Shown piece after piece: positions 8,212 to 17,651 of a stretch of 32,000 nucleotides of DNA (the stretch's first letter is position 1; the number at the start of each line of letters is the position of its first letter). The position numbers and the translations under genes were made by a program. The notes beneath the pieces were generated by a model, which saw only the letters and a program-made list of their open reading frames with translations, ran no database searches and was not told the DNA's origin. This DNA comes from an uncultured bacterium. GTDB taxonomy: Bacteria; Auribacterota; Erginobacteria; Erginobacterales; CAZKCI01. The DNA lies in NCBI GenBank assembly GCA_964551475.1, contig CAZKCI010000034.1, positions 9,326 through 41,325 of the forward strand, given 5' to 3'.

Positions 8212-9288
8212 TTGAAACTGCTCTATATCACACGGAAATTTCCTCCTTCGATCGGGGGCATGCAGAGGTTCAACGGCAAGCTCGCCGCCCACCTCCGCTC
8301 CTCGGGGGAGTTTCGCCTGATCTCCTGGGGACACTCCCAGACCCTTCTCCCGTTCTTCCTCCTTTTTGCTCTCCTCCAGGCCGTCGCCCTGCGCCTGGCC
8401 GGGAAAGTCGACCGGGTCTATCTCGCCGACGGCCTGATGTCGCCCCTGGGGGTTTTCTTCAAGAAGGTTCTCGGCCTCAAGGTCGCCGTCGCCATCCACG
8501 GGCGGGATATCGCCTTCGCCTTCCCCGGCTATCTGACCGTCGTCCCCTGGGCGCTGAGGCGCCTGGACCGCGTGATCTGCGTCTCCTCCCAGCTTAAAGA
8601 GGAGTGCCGACGCTTCGGGGTCCCGGAGAGGATCATCACCTCCATCCCGAACGGCGTAGACGTGGAGGATTTTGCCTGGAGGGAGAAGGCGACGCCGCGG
8701 GAGTTTCTGGGCTGGAAGGAGGACGGCCGGACGGTCCTGATCACGGTGGGCCGCCTGGTGACCAAAAAGGGGGTGGACCGCTTCATCCGGGACATCCTCC
8801 CCGGCGTGGTCGCCGTCGCTCCGCGCGTCCTCTATGTGGTCGTGGGCGGCGGCCCGCTTCTCCGGGAAATCGAAAAGCTGACGGCGGAGAAGGGGCTATC
8901 CGGCCATGTCCTTCTTGCCGGCGACGTCCCCATGGCCGACCCGCGCCTGCGGGCCTTTTACCGCGCCGCCGATATATTCGTCATGCCCAATGTTCTGATC
9001 CCGGGGGATATCGAGGGGTTTGGGATCGTGGCCCTGGAGGGGGGTGCGGCTGGATTGCCGGTGGTCGCCTCCCGCCTGCAGGGGATCCAAGAAGCGATCG
9101 TCGACGGGAAAAACGGGATTCTCATTCCTTGGAGCGACGCCGGGGCGTTCACGCAGACCCTTCTCGGCCTGATCGAAAACCCCGGGGAGAGGAAGAAGCT
9201 GGGGGAATCGGCCCGCCGCTTTGTCGAGGAGAACTATTCCTGGCGGTCGATCGCCCGTCGCTACTGGCAGGAGTTCAGTTCGCTGTAG
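8212..9288 (+). CDS. Glycosyltransferase family 4
   Basis: TTG start; KLLYITRKFPPSIGGMQRFNGKLAAHLRS; ITSIPNGVDVEDF; VGRLVTKKGVDRFI; IEGFGIVALEGGAAGLPVVAS. Confidence 0.9.
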   Translation: MKLLYITRKFPPSIGGMQRFNGKLAAHLRSSGEFRLISWGHSQTLLPFFLLFALLQAVALRLAGKVDRVYLADGLMSPLGVFFKKVLGLKVAVAIHGRDIAFAFPGYLTVVPWALRRLDRVICVSSQLKEECRRFGVPERIITSIPNGVDVEDFAWREKATPREFLGWKEDGRTVLITVGRLVTKKGVDRFIRDILPGVVAVAPRVLYVVVGGGPLLREIEKLTAEKGLSGHVLLAGDVPMADPRLRAFYRAADIFVMPNVLIPGDIEGFGIVALEGGAAGLPVVASRLQGIQEAIVDGKNGILIPWSDAGAFTQTLLGLIENPGERKKLGESARRFVEENYSWRSIARRYWQEFSSL

Positions 9289-9300
9289 CGAAAGGACGCT

Positions 9301-9345
9301 ATGGACGTGATGGACGATATGGACTCAATGGACGGTATGGACCAA
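9301..9345. repeat. Short tandem repeat, 9-bp period, 5 units (ATGGACNNN)
   Basis: ATGGACGTG ATGGACGAT ATGGACTCA ATGGACGGT ATGGACCAA. Confidence 0.85.
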
Positions 9346-9356
9346 TAAACCGAGCT

Positions 9357-9387
9357 CAAAAGCCTGGCATCTTCGTCGGGCCTTTTT
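9357..9387. terminator. Possible bidirectional terminator between convergent genes
   Basis: AAAAGCCTGGC-ATCTTC-GTCGGGCCTTTTT: A-tract, imperfect GC stem, T5. Confidence 0.5.
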
Positions 9388-9389
9388 GC

Positions 9390-9438
9390 TATCCTCCATC
9401 CCCTATCCTCCATCCTCCACCCCCTACCCTCCATCCCC
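9390..9438. repeat. Degenerate 7-bp tandem repeat (YAYCCYC, 7 units) abutting the stop codon of the next gene
   Basis: TATCCTC CATCCCC TATCCTC CATCCTC CACCCCC TACCCTC CATCCCC. Confidence 0.7.
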
Positions 9439-10166
9439 TATCTCGTCACCGGGATATCCCCCGCCGTCCCGAAGTAGGCCCGTGTGATCGCGAGGGCTCC
9501 CCACATCCCGGTCGCGGACCGGAAAATCCCCGGATCGTCGGTCCCGTTCCCGTCGTAATCGGCCGGGACGAGGTCGTCCCCGTTCGCCCCGAAGTAATAG
9601 CGGGTCAAGCCGGCCACCCCCCACATCCCCTGGCCGGGGCGGAAGATGGCGGCGCGGTCGCGGCCCTCTCCGGCGTAGTCGGCCGGGAGGGGCACGTCGG
9701 TGGAGACGCCGAAGTAGATCCGCGCTCCGCTTCGCGACGCCCACAGCCCCGGCCGGGGACGGTAGATCGCGGCCTCGTCCGTCCCGTCGCCGTCGTAGTC
9801 GGCCGGGACCGCCTGGTCGTCGGAGGATCCGAAATAGATCCGGCTGAGTTCGCGGACCGACCAGAGTCCGGCCGAAGGACGGAAGCCGGCGATATCGCAG
9901 AGGCCGTCGCCGTCGTAGTCGGCCGGGACCGGGAGGTCGAGTGAATTGCCGAAGTAGATCCGGGTGGAGTTCCGGATCGACCAGAGGCCGGCCGAAGGGC
10001 GGAAGACCGCCAGGTCCGCCGTCCCGTCGCCGTCGTAGTCCCCGGGGGCGGGCTGGTCGAGCGATCCGCCGAGATAAGCCCGGGTGAGGTCGCGGACCGA
10101 CCAGAGTCCGGAGGCGGAGCGGAAAACGGCCAGGTCCGCCGTCCCGTCGCCATTGTAGTCGCCGCT
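9438..10166 (-). repeat. Array of six 40-aa (about 120-nt) repeats ending at the stop codon (locus 1)
   Basis: [40 protein letters not shown] ... [42 protein letters not shown]. Confidence 0.9.
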
Positions 10167-13100
10167 CTGCAGGATCCGCCGGGACGAGGCGGCGAAGCCG
10201 ATCTCCAGGGTGTAGTCGCTGACCGCGCCTTCGAAGCCGTCCACCACCAGGTAGTAGGTTCCGCCGACCGCGGCATATTCGATCTCCTCCTGGTAGCCGA
10301 GAGTGCTTCGGTCAACGCAGTCGTTGCGGTCCGGGCCGTCGCAGAGGAAGAGGTCGAGGTCGCCGGAGTAGGCGGTGAGCGAAGCCGTGATCGTTCCCGC
10401 TCCGGCCGCGAAAGCGTAGACCACGTCCGGTCCCGACTCCAGGTTGTAGGGGTAACAGCCGTACTGTCGGTAGTGGTCGAAGAAATCGGCGGTATCCGCG
10501 TCGGTCTGGAATCCGGCGGAGACGGAGAGAGGCCAGAGGAAGGTGTCTCCGGCCCGGGGGAGGGGCGAGGGAGACGGAGAGGGCGAGCGTCCCGGCGTGG
10601 GCGTGGGGGGCGTGGGCGAGGCGGTCCGCGTCGGTGACGCGGTCGGCGCCGGGGAGGCGGTGGGAGAGGGGCTGGGGGAAGGTATCGGCGTCGGCGACGG
10701 GCTCGCCGTCGGCGTGGGCGTGATCAAACGGGGGCTGGGCGTGGGGGAGGGGTCGAGGATGCCCCAGACCTCGACGTCGTCGAGGTTCCAGCCGCTGTAG
10801 CGGCGGATGTTGTCGGTGCGCCCCATCCCCCAGCGGAGGCGCAGGGCGCCCGCCCGGTCGGCGATCGCGGAGAGGTTATAGGAGAGTTCCGTCCAGGCGG
10901 CGTCGAGGACGGCCTCCCCCGGCCCGGCCGGGTTGGCCCAGACCGTCGTCCAGTTGGTCCCGTCGCTCGAGGCCTGCACCGAGGCGTGGTCGTTGGCCGC
11001 CTGCTCCACGTTCAGCCAGCGCCGGAAGCGGAGATAGGTTCCCACCGCGCGGGAAAGGTCGAGGGGGGAGGTGGTCAGATAGTAGGTTTCCGGCAGGTTG
11101 TTGGGGTAGTTGCCGGAGAGGTTGTAGCCGTAGACGTTGTCCCCGGTGTAGCCCGAGGCGGGGTCCGGGTTGCCGTAGGAATCGCCGCAGCCCTCGATCG
11201 GCGTCGGCGCCGGGCAACCCCCCTGCCCGAGCGGCTCCCCGAAAGCCCAGTCCGATTCGGTCGCCCAGCCCGGGTCGGTTTCCAAGTCGAAGGCGTAGAC
11301 TGCCTCCGGCCATTTGGCCGTCGGAGAGGGGGTGGGGGAGGGGGGGACGGTCGGAGAGGGTGTGGGCGTGAAGGTAAGGGTCGGGCTCGGGGAGGGCGTC
11401 GGCGTGGGCGGCGTGGGCGTGGTCGAGGGGCTGGGCGTGGGGGAGGGGGTCTCGATCGCGAAGGGGAGGTTGGCGGAAAACTCGGAGGTGGACCCCAGGG
11501 CGGTGGCCGAGTCGGCGGTGAGCCAGTCGCCGAGTGTCAGGCCGGCGAGTGTCTCGATCGACCAGGCCGGCTGATCGTCGGCCGGGAACGAGACCAGGAA
11601 ATAGAGCCCTTCCCCGGGTCCGGCGCCGTCGGTGTCGGCCGTGAAGAGTTCGACGGAGGAGCCCGGGCTTTTGGACCCCGTGACGCGGGCGGAGGTGTCG
11701 GAGAGCCAGGTGACCGCGGCGATCAGGGGCGCCGCCGCGCCCTCGTTGGCGCCGTTCCGGAGAGCGATCCCCAGCCCCCCGTTCTCGCGGAACGAGTTCT
11801 TCGTGACGAGGTTGTAGTAGGTCTCCGCCCCGTCGACGAGGCATCCGTCGCCGTTCCCGCTCTGGCCGTTGAAGGCGATCAGGTTGGAGGAGAAACTGTT
11901 GCCGGCCCCGCCCGCCGCCACCGCCGCGCCGCCGGAGAGGTTGCCGAGGCGGATCGTCCCTCCCGGATCGGTCCCGATCGCGTTCCCCGCGATCTCGTTG
12001 CCGCGGGCGGCTGTCCCCTCGATCCTGATCCCCGCCCCGGCGTTCCCCCCGATCACGTTCAGGTAGTAGGAGTCGGGGCCGCCGACCACGTTGGACTCCG
12101 CCGCCCAGCCCGCCCCCTCCGCGCCCTCCAGGAGCACCCCGTGGAGGGAGTTCCCGATCGCGTGGGCGGCGCCGCCGTCCGTCCCGATGAAATTGCCCTC
12201 GATCAGGTTGGCCGCCCCCCGGGTGATCCGGATCCCGCAGCCCTGGTTCCCGGAGATCACGTTCCCCTCGCCGGGACCGCTCCCGCCGATCCGGTTCTCC
12301 CGCGCGCCGGCCTCGATCAGGATCCCGCCGTCGGACTCGGCGGAGGTCCCATTCCCGAGCGGGGAAGATCCGTCGGCGGCGAGACCGATGACGGAGAAAC
12401 GGACGAGGTTCTCGCGGGAGAGGTTGAGCGCGTCGTCGGTCTGAGTGATCCGGACGCCCCAGGAGGAGTTCCCGCTGATCAGGTTGGCGGTGTCGGAGGA
12501 GTTTCCCGCCGCCACGCCGGCGCTGTCGGAGATCAGGACCCCCCACTGGTTGGGGATGGCGGCCTGGCCGGTCGCGTCCGTCCCGATGTTATTGCCCAGG
12601 ACCAGGTTGGATCCGGCGGTGCAGTCGGAGAACTCCACGCCGGCCCCCGAGGAATGGCCGGAGATCAGGTTGCCCAGCCCCCCCGCTCTCGATCCGCCGA
12701 TCTCGTTGTCTTCGGTGGCGCGGAGATAGACGCCCCCCAGCGTGTTGGGGCGGGCGGCGTCACCGGCGGGGGTCACGCCGATGTAGTTGTTCCGGAGCGC
12801 GGCCTGGAAAGCCCCGCCCAGGCCGGGGTTGATGGAGATCCCGTAGCCGGAGTTGGCGGAGACACAGTTGCGGTTTGCCCCCGCCCCCCCGATCAGGTCG
12901 CCGAAACCCCCCTCGTCGCGGATCCCGTCCCCCCCGTTTCCGGCCGCGGTCCCGTCGGCCCTAACGCCGACGAAGTTCGCCTGGACCACGGTGGAGGACC
13001 CGCTCACGATCAGGATCCCGTGGCTCAGATTGGAGATGATCTCGTTGGGGGCGTCGGCGGCGCCGATGGTCGCGTTCAGGCCGTCCACCTCGATCCCGTA

Positions 13101-13481
13101 CTGGCCGTTGCGGATGCTGAGCCCCTGGATCGAGCAGCCGTCGGCCGCGATCTGGAAGACGGTCTGGCCGGACCCATCGATGATGATGTCCCCCGTCCCC
13201 TGGCCCTGTCCGGCCCCGTCGATCTGGAGGTTGTTGGATTCCAGGCGAAGGGTCCCCTGGCCGGCGCTCAGCGTGATGACGGTGGGGGAACCGGGAGGGA
13301 ACTCGGTCTGGGAGAAGAAGATGGGTCCCGGATCGTACTCGATCCCATAGCGGAGCTCGCCCGCGGTCAGCGTTTCGCTGTCGAAGGAGGAGGTGACGAG
13401 GTAGTCGGCTCCGGCTCCCCGGAGCGGGGTGAAGAAGAGCAGGAAAAGGGGGAGGATTCCGAGTTGGCGTCCTGTCCGCAT
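9438..13481 (-). CDS. Large secreted protein: right-handed beta-helix-like region, Pro/Ser/Thr linkers, possible pre-peptidase C-terminal-like domain, six C-terminal 40-aa DxDGDG repeats
   Basis: Signal peptide [25 protein letters not shown]; repeated '[27 protein letters not shown]' coils; [16 protein letters not shown] linkers; [10 protein letters not shown]...LDLFLCDG...[10 protein letters not shown]; six copies of the terminal repeat. ORF opens at 13514, MRT start at 13481 preferred. Confidence 0.85.
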   Translation of the reverse strand: MRTGRQLGILPLFLLFFTPLRGAGADYLVTSSFDSETLTAGELRYGIEYDPGPIFFSQTEFPPGSPTVITLSAGQGTLRLESNNLQIDGAGQGQGTGDIIIDGSGQTVFQIAADGCSIQGLSIRNGQYGIEVDGLNATIGAADAPNEIISNLSHGILIVSGSSTVVQANFVGVRADGTAAGNGGDGIRDEGGFGDLIGGAGANRNCVSANSGYGISINPGLGGAFQAALRNNYIGVTPAGDAARPNTLGGVYLRATEDNEIGGSRAGGLGNLISGHSSGAGVEFSDCTAGSNLVLGNNIGTDATGQAAIPNQWGVLISDSAGVAAGNSSDTANLISGNSSWGVRITQTDDALNLSRENLVRFSVIGLAADGSSPLGNGTSAESDGGILIEAGARENRIGGSGPGEGNVISGNQGCGIRITRGAANLIEGNFIGTDGGAAHAIGNSLHGVLLEGAEGAGWAAESNVVGGPDSYYLNVIGGNAGAGIRIEGTAARGNEIAGNAIGTDPGGTIRLGNLSGGAAVAAGGAGNSFSSNLIAFNGQSGNGDGCLVDGAETYYNLVTKNSFRENGGLGIALRNGANEGAAAPLIAAVTWLSDTSARVTGSKSPGSSVELFTADTDGAGPGEGLYFLVSFPADDQPAWSIETLAGLTLGDWLTADSATALGSTSEFSANLPFAIETPSPTPSPSTTPTPPTPTPSPSPTLTFTPTPSPTVPPSPTPSPTAKWPEAVYAFDLETDPGWATESDWAFGEPLGQGGCPAPTPIEGCGDSYGNPDPASGYTGDNVYGYNLSGNYPNNLPETYYLTTSPLDLSRAVGTYLRFRRWLNVEQAANDHASVQASSDGTNWTTVWANPAGPGEAVLDAAWTELSYNLSAIADRAGALRLRWGMGRTDNIRRYSGWNLDDVEVWGILDPSPTPSPRLITPTPTASPSPTPIPSPSPSPTASPAPTASPTRTASPTPPTPTPGRSPSPSPSPLPRAGDTFLWPLSVSAGFQTDADTADFFDHYRQYGCYPYNLESGPDVVYAFAAGAGTITASLTAYSGDLDLFLCDGPDRNDCVDRSTLGYQEEIEYAAVGGTYYLVVDGFEGAVSDYTLEIGFAASSRRILQSGDYNGDGTADLAVFRSASGLWSVRDLTRAYLGGSLDQPAPGDYDGDGTADLAVFRPSAGLWSIRNSTRIYFGNSLDLPVPADYDGDGLCDIAGFRPSAGLWSVRELSRIYFGSSDDQAVPADYDGDGTDEAAIYRPRPGLWASRSGARIYFGVSTDVPLPADYAGEGRDRAAIFRPGQGMWGVAGLTRYYFGANGDDLVPADYDGNGTDDPGIFRSATGMWGALAITRAYFGTAGDIPVTR

Positions 13482-13512
13482 GAGCCGAGCTTCCGTCGGA
13501 AGGTCTACCAGC

Positions 13513-13541
13513 AATATAGCGGAAAGGACGAGGACTGTCCA
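13513..13541 (-). promoter_or_regulatory. Candidate sigma70 promoter TGGACA-N17-TATATT for the beta-helix gene
   Basis: -35 box 13536-13541 (5/6), -10 box 13513-13518 (5/6), 17-bp spacer, just upstream of ATG 13481. Confidence 0.65.
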
Positions 13542-13681
13542 GACGGCTTCAGCCGGAGGATGTCGGTTGTCGCGCCGGGCCTCCCCCGTCCGGCCGTTGT
13601 CGGCCAGTTCTCCGCCTCCGCCCTGCGGGCTGCGGCGGACAAGTACGGGCCGGCGTAGCTGGGCCCGTCACGCAGTTGTAG

Positions 13682-13700
13682 GCCGGTTCTGTGAACCGGC
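13682..13700. repeat. Small perfect hairpin GCCGGTTC-TGT-GAACCGGC preceded by TTGTAG
   Basis: Read directly; similar layout to the hairpin at 17593. Confidence 0.7.
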
Positions 13701-13744
13701 GGCCGGGCCGTTACGAACGTGCAAGAGGACGAGTGTTTTATGCT

Positions 13745-14475
13745 TTATCTCGTCGCCGGCAAATCTCCGGTCGACCCCAGGTAGATCCTGGTGACATCGC
13801 GGACGGACCAGAGGCCGGCGGCGGCGCGGAAGACGGCGATATCGGATTGTCCCGTCCCCCGTAGATCAGCCGGGACCGCCCGGTCCGCCGACTGACCGAA
13901 GAAGACCCGGGTGAAATTGAGGACGGACCACATTCCGTTCGATGCCCGGAAGATGGCTGGTTCGGCGCCCCCGCCGCCGTCGTAGTCGGCCGGGACGACC
14001 TGGTCCCCCGCGCCGCCGAAATAGGCCCGGCTGAAGTCGCGAGCCGACCAGAGTCCCGAGGACGGGCGGAAGACGGCGATGTCTTCAGTGCCGTCGCCGC
14101 TGAAGTCGGCGGGGACGGGGATGTCGCTCGATCCGCCGAAGTAAACCCGGGTGAGGTCCCGGGCCGACCACATGCCGGAAGAGGGTCGGAAGATCGCCGG
14201 ACGGACCCCGCTCCCGGAGTAGTCCCCGGGGACGGAGAAGTCGCCGGTGGAGCCGAGGTAGATCCGGCTCAGGTTCCGGACCGACCACATCCCCCCGACC
14301 GCGCGGAAGATCGTGATGTCGGTCGTCCCGTCGCCGTTGAAGTCGGCGCAGGCGGGGACGTCGGCGGAAGCGCCGAAGTAGACGCGGGTGACGTTCCGGA
14401 TCGACCAGAGCGTGGCGGACGGGCGGAAGACGGAGATGTCGTCCGTTCCGTCGCCGTCATAGTCGCCCGAATCGA
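13745..14475 (-). repeat. Array of six 40-aa repeats ending at the stop codon (locus 2)
   Basis: [40 protein letters not shown] ... PADLRGTGQSDIAVFRAAAGLWSVRDVTRIYLGSTGDLPATR. One unit is 39 aa. Confidence 0.9.
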
Positions 14476-15391
14476 TGACGAAATAGAAGGGCGTGGCGAC
14501 AGGCGCGGGCGTGGGCGGGACCGGTGTGGGTGTCGGCGTCGGCGGAGTCGAAGTCGTACAGGGGCAACTCGGCGTGGGCGTCGGCGTCAGGGGTGTCGGC
14601 GATTGAGTACAGAGGCACTCTGGGGTGGGCGTCGGGGACGGGGCGGGAGTCGGCGTCAGGGGGGTCGATGTGGGGAGAGGCGTGGTCAGTACGTAGAGCT
14701 CGAAGGCCATGTCCATCGAGTTGGGCGAGAGGCGGTGACCTTGGGGCCAGGTCATCTCGGCCCAAAAAGCCTCCCCGCACATCTCGGAGATGACGGCGTC
14801 GTCATTCCAGTGGAATTCCGAGTTTTTCCAGCCCCAGGGGTTGATCGGAGGGAGCGGTGCAGTGTACATGGCCGCGATGTTGATGAAATAGTAGTAGCCC
14901 TCGACCTGGGGCAGTGGCGTGATGAGATCGCACTCGAAATAGTATTCGTGCTCGTAGTGGCCGGGGTTGTTCCAGACCGTGTGCGAGCACCAGTAGCCCC
15001 AACCGTAATCGACGATCTGCTGATCAACCATGAGCTGATCCGGCATGCTGTAGGCGCCTTCGGGATGGGTGTAGCTATGCCAGCTGATGCCGAATGCAGG
15101 GGGGAGGTTTTCGGGGAGCGGCGGGGCGATGGGGATCGGCACCGTGTCCTGGAAGCCCGGGAAGGATCCCCACCAGCGGAGGTGGGCGATCGGCCGCGGG
15201 TCGTTGCAGACAAAATCATCCGCAACGGTGAAGCAGACCGGTGGCGCGGTATTCAGGTTCCAGTAGGAGAGGACGTCGAAGCCGTCGATACAGTTGGGCG
15301 GCTGCTCCCACTTGAGGCTGTATTGAGCGTTCGCCGAAAAGGCGATGAGGATGCCGACACAGACCGCTGACGCGATGGTCCAGGCTCTCAT
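13745..15391 (-). CDS. Secreted protein of unknown N-terminal domain with Pro/Thr linkers and six C-terminal 40-aa DxDGDG repeats
   Basis: Signal peptide MRAWTIASAVCVGILIAFSANA; tryptophan-rich domain (FTVADDFVCNDPRPIAHLRWWGSFPG...); TPLTPTPAPSPTPTP linkers; repeat array ending LGSTGDLPATR. Confidence 0.85.
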   Translation of the reverse strand: MRAWTIASAVCVGILIAFSANAQYSLKWEQPPNCIDGFDVLSYWNLNTAPPVCFTVADDFVCNDPRPIAHLRWWGSFPGFQDTVPIPIAPPLPENLPPAFGISWHSYTHPEGAYSMPDQLMVDQQIVDYGWGYWCSHTVWNNPGHYEHEYYFECDLITPLPQVEGYYYFINIAAMYTAPLPPINPWGWKNSEFHWNDDAVISEMCGEAFWAEMTWPQGHRLSPNSMDMAFELYVLTTPLPTSTPLTPTPAPSPTPTPECLCTQSPTPLTPTPTPSCPCTTSTPPTPTPTPVPPTPAPVATPFYFVIDSGDYDGDGTDDISVFRPSATLWSIRNVTRVYFGASADVPACADFNGDGTTDITIFRAVGGMWSVRNLSRIYLGSTGDFSVPGDYSGSGVRPAIFRPSSGMWSARDLTRVYFGGSSDIPVPADFSGDGTEDIAVFRPSSGLWSARDFSRAYFGGAGDQVVPADYDGGGGAEPAIFRASNGMWSVLNFTRVFFGQSADRAVPADLRGTGQSDIAVFRAAAGLWSVRDVTRIYLGSTGDLPATR

Positions 15392-15435
15392 GACAGGCCT
15401 CCTTGGGTTGTCGAGCGACAAACTCTCGCTATTCA

Positions 15436-15465
15436 AATCTAATCACGCCAGCGGAAAGATGTCAA
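15436..15465 (-). promoter_or_regulatory. Candidate sigma70 promoter TTGACA-N18-TAGATT
   Basis: -35 box 15460-15465 exact consensus, -10 box 15436-15441 (4/6), upstream of ATG 15391. Confidence 0.6.
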
Positions 15466-15491
15466 GAGATAAATGGGAATTGCTGATTGCC

Positions 15492-15512
15492 GATCACTGA
15501 TCACTGATCACT
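15492..15512. repeat. (GATCACT)x3 tandem repeat over the stop codon of the TPR gene
   Basis: GATCACTGATCACTGATCACT read directly. Confidence 0.85.
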
Positions 15513-17492
15513 GGTCTGCTTCCGGCTTACCCCTGTTTTCTCCAGTCGTTCCAGCGTCCGAGCGAGGTTGTGTTGCGCCTCGGGAAAATCGGGGCGGATC
15601 CGGAGAGCCTCGCGGAACTCCTCGCCGGCCTCGGCGAATTTTCCCTGACGGGAGAGTGTGACGCCGAGGTTGGCATGCGCCTCCGCGTAGGCGGGACGGA
15701 TCTCGATCGCCCGCCGGTAGCGCGCGGCCGCCTCTTCGAAGCGCCCCAGGCTGTCGAGGTCGATGCCCGCGTTGTAGTGCGCCTCGGCGTAGAGGGGGCG
15801 GAGACGGATCGCCTCGTCGTACTCCCGGATCGCCTGTTCGAGAAGTCCCATGCGGGAGAGGGCGATCCCCCGGTTGTTGTGCGCCTCGGGGTAGGCGGGC
15901 TGGAGGCGGATCGCCCGATCGAGATGGGGCGCCGCCTCCGCCGTCCGGCCCCGGTATATCAGCGCCTCGGCGAGGTTGTTGTGCGCCTCCCCGGAGGCGG
16001 GGTCGATCCGGATCGCCTCCTCGTATTCCCGGATCGCCTCGTCGGTTCGCCCCCCTTCGAAGAGCAGAACGCCGAGCGTATTGCGGGCGGGGGCGTAGGC
16101 GGGGTCGACCGCGATCGCCTTCCGGAGGAGCGGTTCCGCTTCCTCGGCGCGCCCCGTGCGCAGAAGGGCGTGGCCGAGGTTGGCGAGCAGGCGGGGGTCG
16201 TCGGGGCGCGTCCGCAGCGCCGTCTCGAGCTCGGCGATCGCCTCCGCGGTTTTCCCTTCGGCGAAAAGGTCGTTGGCGAGGTTGTTCCGGGCCAGCCAGC
16301 AGGCTCCGTTCTTCTCGATCACGTCCCGGAAGAGCGTCTGGGAGTCGCGGTATTTCCCCGTCTGGAGCGTGGTGAGGAGGAAGAGGACGGAGAGGACGGC
16401 CGCCCCCGCCGCCCTGGCCACGCGCGGAGGCAACGCCCCGGCCAGAGAGGCGGCGGCCGCGATGGGGACGGCGGCCGCGAGATAGGCGTAATGGTCGGCG
16501 ACAAAGGAGTAGATCTGGGCGTAGAAACTGATGAAGCCGAGAGCGGGGGCGAGCAGGACGGCGTAGAGGGCGGCGGCGGCGAAGGCCCCCCGGCCCTTCC
16601 GCCGCCGGTTCCAGAAGGCAATGAGGATGATCGCGGCCAGGAGCGGGTAGAGCCAGACGACCGCATCCCCGGCGGAGATCTCCCAGCGGGGATAGACGAA
16701 GGAGAGACGGACGGGGAAGACAATTTTGGCGAGATAGAACCAGAGGGCCCTTCCCGCGACGAGGATCCGCTCGGGCCAGGCGAGAGACCACGGTTCGCCC
16801 CGCGTCCCGACATGAGCGACCTCGAGCCTCCAGGTGTACGCCCCGGCCAGGAGCGAGAGGAGGAGGAAGGGCGCGGTCTCCCCCAGCATCCGGCGGCTGA
16901 TCTTCTCCCCCCTCCACCAGCGCAGGGTGAGGAGGGCGAGGGGGAAGGTGGCGACGAAGGTTTTGGCGGTGAGAGCGAGAAAGTAGAGCGCGAGAGAGGC
17001 CGCGTAACGGGAGGCGCGCCTTTGCTCTTCCCAGCGCAGGAAGGCGAGGAGGGAGGAGAGGAGGAAGAAGGCGCTGAGGACGTTCTTCGCCTCGGTCACC
17101 CAGGCGACCGACTCGACGTTGATCGGGTGGAGGCCGAAGGCCGCAGCCGCCGCCCAGGCGCCGCGCAGTTTCAGGCGGCGGAGGATGAGCCAGAGGAGAA
17201 CGGCGTCGGCTCCGTGGAGGAGGACGTTGGCCAGATGGTAGCCGAAGGGGTGGAACCCCCAGAGGCGGGCCTCCAGCCAGAAGAAGGTGTAGGTGAGGGG
17301 ATAGTTCTGTCCGAGCGATTCATCGGTGTGCCAGACCCGGAGGATGGACCTCTCGCCCCGGACATGGGGGTTCGCCCAGACCCAGGCGTCGTCATCCCAG
17401 ACGAAGCCCGCCCGGAAGACCGGCAGGTAGGCGGCCAGTATGATGAGGCAGAGACCTCCCGCGCCGATCAGATTCCGCCCCCGCGCCGTCAT
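15501..17492 (-). CDS. Membrane protein with C-terminal TPR array (TMTC/O-mannosyltransferase-like GT-C + TPR)
   Basis: N-terminal FRAGFVWDDDAWVWANPHVRG, multiple TM helices; C-terminal tandem TPRs (ARNTLGVLLFEGGRTDEAIREYEEAIRIDPASGEAHNNLAEALI...). Confidence 0.85.
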   Translation of the reverse strand: MTARGRNLIGAGGLCLIILAAYLPVFRAGFVWDDDAWVWANPHVRGERSILRVWHTDESLGQNYPLTYTFFWLEARLWGFHPFGYHLANVLLHGADAVLLWLILRRLKLRGAWAAAAAFGLHPINVESVAWVTEAKNVLSAFFLLSSLLAFLRWEEQRRASRYAASLALYFLALTAKTFVATFPLALLTLRWWRGEKISRRMLGETAPFLLLSLLAGAYTWRLEVAHVGTRGEPWSLAWPERILVAGRALWFYLAKIVFPVRLSFVYPRWEISAGDAVVWLYPLLAAIILIAFWNRRRKGRGAFAAAALYAVLLAPALGFISFYAQIYSFVADHYAYLAAAVPIAAAASLAGALPPRVARAAGAAVLSVLFLLTTLQTGKYRDSQTLFRDVIEKNGACWLARNNLANDLFAEGKTAEAIAELETALRTRPDDPRLLANLGHALLRTGRAEEAEPLLRKAIAVDPAYAPARNTLGVLLFEGGRTDEAIREYEEAIRIDPASGEAHNNLAEALIYRGRTAEAAPHLDRAIRLQPAYPEAHNNRGIALSRMGLLEQAIREYDEAIRLRPLYAEAHYNAGIDLDSLGRFEEAAARYRRAIEIRPAYAEAHANLGVTLSRQGKFAEAGEEFREALRIRPDFPEAQHNLARTLERLEKTGVSRKQTSDQ

Positions 17493-17592
17493 GGACGCAG
17501 TTTAGCAAGCCTTCGCTTCGACGACAACAAGCGGAACCCTCGCGGCCTGGCCAACCATTTCAACAGACGAGCCAAGCCATCCCGCGCTTTGT

Positions 17593-17613
17593 AGGGGCGA
17601 ACCTTGTGTTCGC
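17593..17613. repeat. Small perfect hairpin GGGCGAAC-CTTGT-GTTCGCCC preceded by TTTGTAGG
   Basis: 8-bp arms 17593-17600 and 17606-17613. Confidence 0.75.
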
Positions 17614-17651
17614 CCTCATCGAGCCGGCCGCAGCCGACTATTCACCATTCT

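Noticed and set aside
9438-10166. 120-nt periodic array considered as CRISPR or non-coding tandem repeat
   Set aside because: The period is an in-frame 40-aa protein repeat with conserved DYDGDG, FRP and YFG positions. Variation follows codon structure.
10543-11500. GGGCGTGGGCGTGGGCG-type simple repeats considered as a CRISPR or satellite array
   Set aside because: They encode the PSPTPTPSP linkers of the secreted proteins. Spacing is irregular and there are no spacer-like unique segments.
10986-13658. 890-aa plus-strand ORF antisense to the beta-helix protein
   Set aside because: A lack of antisense stops over repetitive GC-rich coding sequence is compositional. The product shows no motifs, while the minus strand has a signal peptide and ordered repeats.
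15570-17594. 674-aa plus-strand ORF antisense to the TPR protein
   Set aside because: The minus frame has textbook TPRs and TM helices; the plus frame is low-complexity Glu/Gly/Arg.
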